Origin: the human T2T-CHM13v2.0 reference genome, Homo sapiens
NCBI RefSeq assembly: GCF_009914755.1
Contig: NC_060936.1
Strand: one strand, 5' to 3'
Length of the DNA: 64,000 bases
How positions within the stretch are numbered: position 1 is the first letter of the stretch; every line of letters starts with the position of its first letter. The notes below the pieces were generated by a model, which saw only the letters and a list, made by a program, of their open reading frames with translations, did not search any database and was not told the origin of the DNA. The position numbers and the translations under genes were made by a program. Of this stretch, positions 18,211 through 30,683 are shown in pieces.

Positions 18211-20145
18211 AATGTTTCCACTCATATTTTCTAGGTTAACATAAATTTATATTCTTATAAATTTTGCCCACTAATCTTCATTTTTCCTTTCTCACACAAA
18301 ATATAAAAATTCCATACTTCTCTTATATTACCACAATTTTTATATCTAGTAAAACACTAAAGTGTGAAATAAATAGTAGTTTTTACTTTGTTTCTGTTCA
18401 TTATTTCCACCAAGTATTTAGCTTACTCTTTTGTGTTCATCGTTATGTGCTAACACAGCTCCAGTTTACCTTTGCCTTTTTTTTTTTAAAAAAAATAGAT
18501 ATTCTTATTCATTTTGCTCTTACCATTTTCAACTATATCCTCACCTATTCATAGCATTTCTTTGCCCTTTATTTATTAAGGTTGTTAAATTATTTTATTG
18601 AACAGTAGCAGATGTCTATTAAAACATGAACAGTAAGGAAAGATACCAAAATGAAATGGACTCACAATTCAAATAATATTTCTCTGTCTTTTACATTGTC
18701 ATAATTATTAGGGTTTATCCATTCACATTTTGTAATATTTCTAAAGTAGACAGTGAATCTTGCCTTCGAGAACATTTTTCTGGAGGAAATTCCTTTCTCT
18801 AATCACAGCATTGCTATAATGAGAAACATCAATGTATAACAAAATTCCTTTTTAAAAAAATGTCGTCCAAATGCTGTTTTAAAATTGACATTCTTAAAGT
18901 AATTCTTGATGTGACCAATTATGTCAAGTGTGATTTCTTTAAGTGGTGATTTTCTTTAGGAAATTTGTAACAAGTTTGAGTATGCAAGTTCTGTCATACA
19001 GTAACTTCCTCATACTTTGGTTATTCACTATAATTCACATCCCCAATTTTCATTGCTTAGAATATATGTTTGAAAGTATTAATATGTTGAAGTAACTTCT
19101 CTTTTTAAAAATTCCATTTATTTGCATAATGAAACAAATTATAATAATGAACATTTGTTAAGAGTTCCTTTATTTATTTTATATTAAGCCCTTTACATGT
19201 ACTATAAGTAACTATTCTCACTGTATATTTATTGCTTTCTTTTTCCTTTGATGAATTAAAAACCTTGCATAAGGATGTTTTCTCATCCTCTCTCTAGTCA
19301 TCATATTTGGAGACCAAAAAGTCTACATTATGGACACAACTAACAACTGATTTTAGCTTCTCTATCTCTTCCATCCTAATAATTACACTTTGAATATTCA
19401 CCAGCAATTCAGCATTTTGGATTTCATCAACCTTAAGATCTATAAAATTAAAAATAATTGAAACCTGTAGTAGAATCATGTAGAGAAGCTACATGTGTAA
19501 TTGTAATGTGTAAATTAAAATTTCTCCTTTTCTCTCTTTCTGTTTATAAACACACACATCCCCACACACACACATACATATAATATTGCATCTTTTAACA
19601 TACCACAATAGCCAAAAGGATACATTGAAAAATGTTAAGTTTGCTTTTTAATGCATTGCTTGGTTATTAATAATGTGAATTTTGACTTGGGAATAACAGA
19701 AGGAAATTGAAAGTGTGTGTCTGGAGCATCATGAAAAGACTGAAGCTGTAAATAACCGTTTGGATTGTTCTACTTGCTGGTAAACTTTAAGCTTCTGCAT
19801 TGAAAAGTTTTCCTTGTTCTTGAAGATACACTTCCTTTGCTGACACCCTAATTGTCATTTTGAGTTTCTATAATTGGCTAAGAGATATTAAAATAATGAA
19901 TACCTGATGGTTGATTATATTTGGCATTATTTTGTACCAAACATTATGCTAATCATATCTGCTACTTCATTTAGTTATACATAGAATTTAGGTTTCTGTA
20001 AATCTAAAAATAAGATCACATAGAATAATTACGTTTTTAATTGATTACAGCTAAAATTTTGCATTCATTTAACTGAATGAAGCTTTATACTTTTTTTTTA
20101 TATTTAAGTACTTTTTTTTTTTCAAATAACAACTCCTTCATTGAG

Positions 20146-20934
20146 TGCAATGATTTGAATGTGATCTCTCCAAAATTCAGGGGAAGCCAACGTGATAGTA
20201 TTAAGAGGTGGAGTCTTTAAGAGCTAATTAGGCCAGGAGGGCTATTCTTTCATGAATGGGATTAAGGCCTTTACAAAAAAGGTTTCATGCAGTATTCACT
20301 AGCTTGCTTTTCCAGCTTCTGCCATTTAAGGACACAGAGTTCCTCCCTTCTGGAGGATGCAGCAATAAAATGCCATCTTGGAAGCAGACAGCAGCCCTCA
20401 CCACACAACAAACCTTTTGGCCTCTTAATCTGTACTTTCCAGCCTTCAGAACTGTGAGATATAAATTTCTGTTCTTTGTAAATTACCCAGTCTGTAGTAT
20501 TCTGTTATAGCAGCATAAATGCACTAAAGACAGTAATTGATAGAAAGTGGAAGTGTTACTATAAAAAATACTTAAAAATGTGGGAGCAGCTTTGGAACTG
20601 GGTAATGGGCAGAGGCTGGAAGAGTTGGAGAGGCAGGCTAGAAAAAGCCAAGATTACTATAAATGAAGCTATTCCAGTGAGGGCTTAGAAGAGGTGAGCT
20701 GTAGAGAAAGCTACATTTTTCTCAGAAATTATATAAGTGTTCATGAACTGAATGTTGGTAGAAATATGGACAGTGAAGATCATTCTGGTGAGGTCTCAGA
20801 TAGAAATGAGGAACAAGGCATTGGAAATTAGAGGAAAGGCAATCCTTGTTATAAGATGGCAAAGAACTTGGCTGAATTGTGTTCATGTATTTAGGATTTT
20901 GTAGAAGGCAGAACTTAAAAGTGGAGAACCAGGA

Positions 20935-20980
<46 letters not shown>

Positions 20981-23471
20981 ATTACGCTGTACCACATAGA
21001 TATGCACAATTGTACATATTTTATTTTCAATATTTCAATACATATATACAATGTGTAGTAGTCAAATCAGAGTAATTAGCATATTCTTCACCTCAAACAT
21101 TTATCATTTTTATCCATTGGGAACATTCAAAATCCTCTTTTCTAGCTATTTTAAAAACATGATAAATTATTGTTAAGCATATTTATGCTACAGTGCTATA
21201 GAAGACTAGAAGATACTCCTCCTATCTAGCTGCTGTTTTGTATCCATTCGCTCACCTCTCTCTATCCCACACATCCCCTGTGCTTCCCAGCCTCTAATAA
21301 CCACAATTTAACTCACTAATTCTAAAAGCTTAATTTATGTTTAAGTCTCACAAATGAGTGAGAACACATGGTATTATCTATTTTTCTGTGTCCTAGTTAT
21401 TTCACTAAATATAATGTCCTTCAGGTTCATCAATGTTGCTGCAAATGACATAACTTCATTATTTTTTTAAAGGATAAATAGTATGTCATTATATATATAC
21501 ATATGTAAACAAATAAAAATTATATCCTATTTGAATATAATTTATATATATACACACCATATATTTTTTATTCAATTATTAATGGTCATTTAGGTTGACT
21601 TTGTATTTTGGCCATGGTGAATGGTGCTTCAGTAAACATGGAGTTGCAAATATCTCCTTGGTATACTGAAATCCTTTCCTTTAGATAAATATCCGGTGTT
21701 GGAACTGCCAGATGATATGATTGAACCTGAATACTTGCCAGAATAAATCTCTAAGAAGCAAAGTGTTCAGAAGGCTGCGTGCCTTCTCTTAACTGCTTAG
21801 AGTAAAATATGAGAAGAGGAAAATGATTCAAAGGTAGAATTTTTAGTTTAAAAGTGAAGCAGAACATTACGATTTGTAAATTCTCAGCCAGACCATTTAG
21901 AAAATAAAAAAGTATGTATAGGGGAGAGAACCAAGGGTGTATGTTCCAGCAACCTAACCGACTATTTGATAAGAAGATTACCATGAATACAGAGAAGTCA
22001 GGTGCTATTCACAATGGGAGAATGACTCCAAAGGGATTTTAGAGATCTCGGAGGCTACCATATCCGTCAGGCCCAGAATACCGGTGCCTCAATGGAAGGA
22101 TGGTTTTGAGGGAGGGACCTAGGGTGTCTGTGAGACCATGGGGCTCACTGCCTAAAACCATCTCAAGTCTGCTCCTTACATGCTGGCACAATGCTCCTTA
22201 GCGCTCTAGCTGTGGCTCAGGTGGGCCCAGGTGCTGCTTGGACTGTGATCTGGAAGGTACAGCCATAAATCCTGGTGACTCCTACATGCTACTAATTCTG
22301 TAGGTGCAGAGAGTGAAAAGTCTGTGGAGGGAGACATGTCTGTCTCTATCTAGATTTCAAGGTTGTTGCAGAGAGCTTCTGGGCCTAGGCAGAGACTTTG
22401 AGATAGGGGTGAGGCTGCCACACAAAGAACCCACTAGGAAAATGTGCAGGAAAACTGGAGTTGTGGCTACCTCAAAGAGCCCCAGTTTGGACAATTCTTA
22501 GTGATGCCATTGGAGGTAGGTCTGGCCCTAAGACACCAGACTTGTAGAACCACCAGCGTGCAATGCCAGCCTGGGGGAGTCACAGAAACCCAAGTCCAAA
22601 CTCTGAGAGTTGTGGCACATGATCTGCACCCAGCAAAGCCATGAGACAGGGTCCCCTGAGGGTTTGGGGACCAACTCCTGCTCCAGAACATCCAAAAGGT
22701 GGAATGGAGAGTCAGGGAGGATTGTTCTTAGGCCTCAAGATTTGGTGTGATTTGTTTAGTTAGGTTTTGCACTTGCTTTGGACCTATTACTCTTTTCTTC
22801 TTTCCTGTTGCTTCCTCTTGGAGTGAGAATGTCTGTCCTACTCCTGTCCCATTATTGTATTTTGGAAGCACACAACTTGTTTGATATCACAGTCTTTTAG
22901 TTGGAGGGGAATCTGCCACAGGATGATTTGTACCTTGAGTCTCACTCATATGATGCTTAGATGAGACTTTGGACTTAAACTTCAAGGTTGATGCTGAAAT
23001 GAGTTAAGGCTTCTGGGGGCTACTGAGATGGAATGAATGTATTTTGTGTGTAAGAAGGACATAAATTTGAGAGGGTCAAGATCAGAGTGCTATGATTTGA
23101 ATGTTTCCCCTCCCAAATTCAGGTGTTGCCGATGTGATAGTATTAAGCGATGGAATCTTTAAGAGGTAATTAGGCCAGGAGGGCTCCTTTCTCCTGAATG
23201 AGATAAAAACCCTTATAAAAGAGGTCCCACTAAGTGTTTGGCTAGCTTGCTCTTTCACCCTCCATCATGTGAAGACACACTGTTCCTTCTCTCCAAAGGA
23301 TGCAGTAATAAGACACCATTTCAGTAGCAAAGGGCAGTGCTTCTTAGACACCAAAACTGCTCACACCTTGCTCATGGACACCCCAGCCTCTAAAACTGTG
23401 AGAAATTTCTGTTTTTTATAAATTGCCTCACTTGTGGTATTCTGTTATAGAAGCACAAAGGGACTAAGACA
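20146..23471 (+). mobile_element. Two-LTR MaLR provirus (MSTC/MSTD-like) with internal region
   Basis: Homologous LTRs at 20146-20532 and 23088-23471, both TG...CA. MST-internal motifs tgtgggagcagctttggaactgggtaatgggcagaggctggaag and gatgagactttggactt. Purine-rich tract before the 3' LTR. Confidence 0.9.
20936..21719 (-). mobile_element. L1MA (MA5/6-like) 3' fragment nested in the MST internal region, with (CA)n at its tail
   Basis: tcaaatcagagtaattagcatattcttcacctcaaacatttatcattt...gaacattcaaaatcctc; about 21 CA units at 20936-20978. Confidence 0.85.
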
Positions 23472-23587
23472 CTAACGTTTATATTACAAGGCTCAGTCTC
23501 CAAATTACTGTTTTTGTTTTGTTTTGTTTGTTTTTTTTTGTTTTCTGTTCCTTAAGATTATTCTTAAGGGACTTAGATTCTTTATAT

Positions 23588-24079
23588 CAGGGATCTCCAA
23601 CCTGTGGGCCATGGACTGGTCCAGGACGAGGTCAGTGGTGGGCAAGCGATTGAAGCTTCATCTGTATTTATAGCTGCTCCCCATCGCTTGCATTACCTCC
23701 TGAGGTTGGCCTCCTGTCAGATCGGTGGCTGCATTAGATCCTCATAGGAGTACGAGCCCTATGGTGAACTACACATGCGAGGGTTGTAGGTTAGTTGTTC
23801 CTTATGAGAATCTAATGCCTGATGATCTGTCACTGTCTCCCATCACAATGGGACCATCTAGTTGTAGGAAAACGAGCTCAGAGCTCCCACTGACTCTACA
23901 TTATAGTGAGTTGAATAATTATTTCATTATATATTACAATGTGATAATAATAGAAATAAAATGCACAATGCATGTTATGCATTTGAATCATCCCAAAACC
24001 ATCCCCGTCACCCCTGGTCCATGGAAAAATTGTCTTCTATGAATCCAGTCCCTGGTGCCAGAAAGGTTGGGGCTCACTG
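23588..24079 (+). mobile_element. MER1A hAT-Charlie DNA transposon
   Basis: Termini cagggatctccaacc...aggttggggctcactg; 8-bp TSD ctttatat / ctatgtat; internal gagaatctaatgcctgatgatctg. Confidence 0.92.
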
Positions 24080-25262
24080 CTATGTATAACTGGAGTTTAA
24101 CTTTCTATGTTATACTTTCTGAGGTACAATCAAATGTATTATCCAAGGTAACATTTATTTCTCTACATAAACTGTTGGATTTGTATTAAAACTATGTATT
24201 TATTTATAAATACCTCTCTACAATAGGATAAAAATGAGTATGTATCTTTTACTCAAAAGATGTGGATTCCAAAAGTAATGAAATCTTACTGTACTAGACT
24301 CTCCTAAGAATGAAAAAGCCAGTAGAAAAAAAGATCTAAAGATGTTTATTTACTATTGTGGAATTAATGCTTCAGTTGCTTTCTGAATAAAACCAATATC
24401 CAACTGCAAAATAATCTTAGATGCCGCACTTGCCTTTTGTGTTAATTTCATTTGTCTTACAAAAACAGTTAAATAGTGGCATTATTTTCACCTTACATTA
24501 TAGATTAGTCATCAGGACCAAGAATCCTATATAGATGAAATAGGCAATGGCGACCCCTTATTAAAGATTATGAACGACCATCTCTACCAGTGGAAATTAT
24601 CTAGTTGTCTAAAGTAGAGGATGATTACCCACATCATTTTTATTTCTATAAGCCCTGGGAAACATTTTGATATGAGTTAAAAGTATATTTTGTTTGACCA
24701 ATCCAAGTTTCTTCTTGATCCAAATGGTTTGGTTATAGTAGATGTAGAGTAAAACTCTTTCTTAGCTCATTTATGAGTCAATATTATAGTGATCCAAAAG
24801 ATTACTCCCCCATTCTTCAGTGGTACCTGCAGTTCCTTTTACCAGTAGCAAAGACCTTTTTAATTTCCAAGTTAAGCAGAAGTTTAAAGGGTCTTATCAC
24901 TGACTTAAATGTACATTAAAACATACCACAATCCCCTTGATTGGTATTTACGGTGGAATTTTAGAGAACAAAGTCAATAAGTGAACATTGACTGTTTACA
25001 AAAGGGAGTGAGGAAAAAAACTGGGCTGAAGCAAACTATACTCAATTCAAATGTTTGCCCATAATTAGCTCTGTAAGGTATCTATACCAAACTCTTACTA
25101 ATTTAAGTTCAGGTAGATCAATAAAGCAGCATTTTTCTGTCAGTTTTTTCTGTGCTGAGTTTGCATGCAGTGACACAAAAGTTAGTGGCATGGCTGGTAA
25201 CTAGCCATATCCCTGGGAGTTGGGTGCAGAGAGCCAAGAGGAGACTAGACACCATGAAAGTT

Positions 25263-25287
25263 ACTGTTTTCTTCTTTCCAGGTAAGT
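25263..25287 (+). other. Juxtaposed 3' and 5' splice-site motif (polypyrimidine-CAG|GTAAGT)
   Basis: actgttttcttctttccag|gtaagt is seen directly; whether it is used is unproven. Confidence 0.35.
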
Positions 25288-26092
25288 GTCTCTGGGAGCT
25301 CATCCCTGGGGCTTTCCTTAGACAGCTGCTCCTCTTAACTCCCTCTCATCCCTCCTCTAGCACAGGACAGCAGCCAGGCATTAATGGCTAAATGCTGGGA
25401 ACACCATGGTGCGTGATGGTATTCAGACATCCTTATCCTCACATGCTTTTGCTGTGCAGTTCATTTTTTAACAAAGGACTAGAAACGAAAATGTGGATGT
25501 GAGTGAAAGAGAAGAGCAGGGGGTGAAAACCCACTTTGTAGCAAATGAATTACATTCAAAGTCAATTTTTAACTAATTCTTCCTGTGGCTATTAAAAGAG
25601 CTAGTGTTATATGGAGTCACAAACCAGTCCCCAGAAAATGAGTATCAGTGAGAGATCCACTTCTTAGGCATAAAGCTTCCTCTTTAGAGAAAATCATTCT
25701 TGAAGTCCGTATATTAAGTGAATTCTCAGTATTCTAAGGTAGGTTTAAAAAATACAACAGAAAAGAAAGAAAAACTATCGGATTTATCCACCTTAAAGGA
25801 CCATAAATTGACCTCCTGCTCATGACAGAGTACTCAGTCAGGTGAAAAAAAAACCAACAACAACAACAACAAAAAAAAAAACAACAAAGAAACCCTTCAT
25901 AGCCAACAATAGAGATTGCTTCAGTTCAATTTCTTCTGTTATACAGGATCTGAATTCATGTTTTAACTCCATAATACATTTATTAGAATAAAATTCAGGA
26001 ACATTATCGAATAACTGGAAATAAATTCTAGCATCCATGGCCACAAAACATTTTTTATAACTTATTTGCCCTAATGGCTATAAGCTTTTCTA

Positions 26093-26153
26093 TTCCCTCC
26101 CTCCCTTCCTCCCTTCCTTCCTTCCTTCTTTCCTTTTTCTTTTTCTTTCTCTT
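26093..26153. repeat. Pyrimidine-rich (CCTT)n/(TTTC)n simple repeat
   Basis: Seen directly in the sequence. Confidence 0.9.
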
Positions 26154-27568
26154 TATGAAAGGCCTTCCCTCAAACTGTGGAATGTATTAGAGAAAGCTAA
26201 ATATTTTTCCTTAAAGAGCTTTTTACTAATGGTTTCATTTATTAGCCTTTACCTTTAACATAAGGTCTTACACCCTTAATTGTATTGCAGTATACAGTAC
26301 CTCTACTTTAATTGCACCAGAAAGGAAAGTCTTACAAAAGTGCCTTTATTTCCACAGTTATCTAGTCTGTGTAGTAACTGCTGTGTAGAGACTTCTTGGA
26401 GGTGACCTCGTCAAGATACGCACATCTTGTCATCACCAATCCATAGGAGAGTTTGAAATGGGCTGTGAGAACTTGCAACATTTTACTCAGTGTCTTGGGA
26501 GACGCCATTTTCCTGACCCCTTAAATTTACTGTCTTTATAGACAACTTGCTCTGGGAAAGGGGGACTTCAGAGTTAACTCAGCAGCTTTGGCAAATGAAT
26601 GTTCCATGAGAGTATTACTGCAGACCCCAAGAGGGGACATTAGTCTAGCTCTTCATCAGCAGGGGTGAGAAAAAGCTGTCCTCTGTGTTCCTGGATAGGC
26701 AGACTTATTCTGATAGGAGTTTCTCTCTGGAATTCAATTATCTGAAATTCTTAGTGCTCCCAAAGTCAGACTTGTCTTTAATGGAAATGGGATAAGGGGA
26801 ATCCGAAAATGTCAAGAGCAGAGTTTTATTTTTCAAGGAGATCATGGGTTTACAAATTGGAAGAAAATAACAATTCCTTTAAGTAGAAATAAAGCGCAAT
26901 TGTAAAAGTCCAACACATTGCAATTTGACAATGTGCACTAACTGATAATGCCACCCACTTGACTCATTTACCAATTTAAGGTTATTTTGTAATCTCCCTG
27001 TGAGCTTCTCAACATAATAGAAGAACTCTGTAAGAAAGTGTTTGTGTGTATTGCCCTAAAACAGCAAATCACTTCCTGCAATGCTTAAGAAAATATAGCT
27101 AACAACTCCTTTCCTTACCCTTTACATAGCAATGATGTTTGTATACCAGTAATTGTTTTTTACAAATTTGAATGTTGATGCAATGTGTGGGTAAACAAAA
27201 TGAAATGGAAATTTCAAAATCATATAAATAAAGTTAAAGAAAATAATCAGGAACAAAGGAAAAATATGGGTGATATTGCTGAAAGTTTTTAAATTCAAAT
27301 ATAGTGACTATGAAATCTGAGTAGAAAAATATTCTCAATATTTGATAATAAAAGTACTGAAAAGACATAGTCAAATTTACTTAACTGTCTATTCCTGAGT
27401 TCAAAGTTTATAGCCACTGAAGCCATTCTAAAATAATTTTGTCTTTGTCTACCACTACGAAAGTATACTGACAATAATGAATGATAAATGTAGAATGACT
27501 TTATTCATTAAACTTTCAAGCTCCTTACATTTTATAATTTTTAAAATATTTAATTTTTGGATATAGCC

Positions 27569-27823
27569 TTTTTTATTTCAAGTTTTATTTCAGATACGGG
27601 GGGAGATGTGCAGGTTTATTACATAGGTCTATAGCATCCAGGCAGCTGGCATATAACCTAACAGGTAGTTTTTCAACCCATGCCGCCCACCATCCTCCAT
27701 CCAATAGTCTGCCATGTCTGTTGTTCCCATGTTTATGTGCATGTGTGCTCAATGTTTAGCTCCCACTTATAAGTGAGAACATGTGATATTTGGCTTTCTC
27801 TTCTTGCCTTAGTTCACTTAGGA
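27569..27823 (-). mobile_element. L1PA15/16-like 3'UTR fragment
   Basis: gtgcaggtttattacatagg...gctcccacttataagtgagaacatgtgatatttgg. Confidence 0.85.
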
Positions 27824-29121
27824 CATATTCTAAATGCACTAACTAGAGAAAAATTTTGATGGGAACGTCTATCTATACTTACAATGAATATTGTAATGAG
27901 TGCTAAACTTTCTCATGTCATGATTTTTTTAAAACATTCATGAGAGCAGACTAATGAATAAACCACAGTATTTTTTAAGATGTCCAATAATGATCTCAAT
28001 CAGAAAAAAACAATTGCAAAGTGCTTACTCATTACTGCGCTGTGCTTGGTGCTTTAAAAAGAGATTTATTGAACTCTAGGAACTTAAAAATCAAGTGATT
28101 AATTGTCATATTGGTTTGGTAATTTTTTATGCTGCTGATTTTTTAGAGCTTTATAGAACATATAGCTTGTGGCTTGAAAAAAATCTGTAAGAACAATGAG
28201 ACGTAGCTCTCTTGGCTCTGAACAATTTTAAGAGTGGAAAATTCCTTATAACATGAGAGAAACTGATCCATTTATGAGGAGGTGTGATGGGAAGCCTCTC
28301 TTGATCTAAGCAATGGGTAGAATTTTATTTTCTAAAGCAATCACAACCACTTTACCATACCTTGTCCACTTTTACAGTGTTTGAATCCATTTGTTTAATT
28401 TATTCTCCTATATTTCCAAAGCTCTCACGTATTTTAATCTATTTTTACATTGTCTCTTGTATTCTGGTAGGAATTAATTATCAGAGCTTATACCCTATTA
28501 GTTTCTGTAAGTTGAAAACTTGCCATTTGATCTTTTTTCACCATGTAATCTATCAGTGCTTCCAGATATCGCCTATGCTTTTCTTTTTTGGCTCTTCTTG
28601 TGCTCTCCTCCCCTACCTCCTTAACCCCTTAAAGTTATTTGGACCTAGACATGTTTTTTTTTTTTTTTTGGGCTTGGACTTCATTGGATTGGAATCTCTA
28701 TTTGTCCTTCTTCTTTCCTTCTTGGGTTCAACTTCATCTCTACACACTGTTTTGGGTTTGTCTTTCCGCAGTCTTCCACCCATTTCCATAGTCGCAGGAC
28801 AGCCCCCCTCACCCAATTACATGCCAGCCTGGTTCAAGGAATCTGACTTAAGTCAGAGCTCAAACATTCTAGCTTTCTCAGAAAGACTTATGCATATTTA
28901 GTCCATGGGTTCCATATCCCAGGCGCTTCACTTTGTCCCAGTCTCTGGACCTGAATAGGTTAGTGGCCTAGGTATGCCACAGGTCTAGCAAATTCAAGAA
29001 AAGTGGAGAGGGCTTCCTGCTTAGCTGGTGTGTGTATCTCTTCTGATTTCCCATTGAGAGTCTCATTAGACTCCCACTCTGGCTTCTCACAAAAGATTTC
29101 CCATTAAAAAGGTTCAATTTT

Positions 29122-29485
<364 letters not shown>

Positions 29486-30289
29486 TTAGAGCAGGGTTCA
29501 AAGTGGTGAGAATGCTCAAGTCACTAGCTGCTAGACCTAGGAAAATTCACCAATGTTGATGATCTTCCTTCTCTCTTATGTGATGATATACTACGATGTA
29601 ATAAATTAAACTTCTAAGAAACCAATTTGAGCCAACTTCCTGAGTGGACAATGCCTCATCTTTAAGTAGGCCAGGCTGTTGCTTGATTATTGGAACATTC
29701 ATCCTATCCACATTGAGACCTTTTCTGTGACCCTTATCGATGTGAGATGAATACACATACTATACTCAGGATATGAAAGAGGGTAGTGTTTTTTGGCCCA
29801 TACAGGAACAACAATAGAATGACTGAGGTCTATATTTTTGCTTCAAGAAGTCTTCAAAGGTATCTTACATAATAAACATATGTGTCCCTGGAATTTCTGA
29901 CTTTCTAAAAGCTTTTCTGAGCTCATGACCTAGCCCCAAATAGAGGATGCTGAGAAGCTTATACCTTTTGGGATTTATATTGATGCCTCTTACTTACATT
30001 TATTGGATGAAACATTCACTGAAATAAGGACACCTAATGGTTTCTACTCTTTTACTCACTAAATGGGACTGTGATTGGTTGGATCTTACTCTCAGATTGA
30101 GGTTATTAGAGACAGCATAATTGGTAGCTTTGAGGATCGAATCATAGTATATTGGATGCAAATACCTAATCCAAGACTGAATTCATATGGAGGAGCACTG
30201 CTAGTGGATAGTTTCAGCTGGAGGTAGGGGTTATGCTCATGGAAGTGATCCCATCCCACTGCATATGGCGGAGCAAATGAGACCCATGA

Positions 30290-30540
30290 CATGTAATTCC
30301 TCACAGAGTGTGACCTTTCCTAACTGGAAGTACACTACTTCTGATCTCATTCCCCTCCATAGTTATCCATTCAGGCTGAAACTTTTTAGGCAGCTATAAC
30401 ACTGTGGGTTTATATTGAGTGTGGGGAAACTAAACCACCGAGTACTCCTATACATAATTTTCTGTTTCTCCATATCTTCCTACATCATGTGCTTATCCAG
30501 TAGTTTTTTTCTTTAAAGTAAAAATTTTACAATTATCACT
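30290..30540 (-). mobile_element. CR1/L3 LINE relic
   Basis: ggcagctataacactgtgggtttatattgagtgtggggaaactaaacc resembles the antisense L3 3' region. Confidence 0.45.
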
Positions 30541-30683
30541 GGTCTAAAAAGAGATAATTAGAACCAGAATTCAGTCACCTATGACCAATCCTTTTCAGCT
30601 GCCTTCTGTTAAACATTCTTGTACTATGGTCATTTTCCTTTTACATTTAATCTATACTCTTACTCACACATTTTGTTTGTATT

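Noticed and set aside
26620-26670. CTCF-like motifs ccccaagaggggac and tcagcaggggtgag
   Set aside because: Both have mismatches at high-information core positions.
28362-28901. 179-aa hydrophobic ORF
   Set aside because: It starts at TTG, runs through poly-T in T-rich and probably L1/HAL1-derived DNA, and has no exon structure or recognisable homology.
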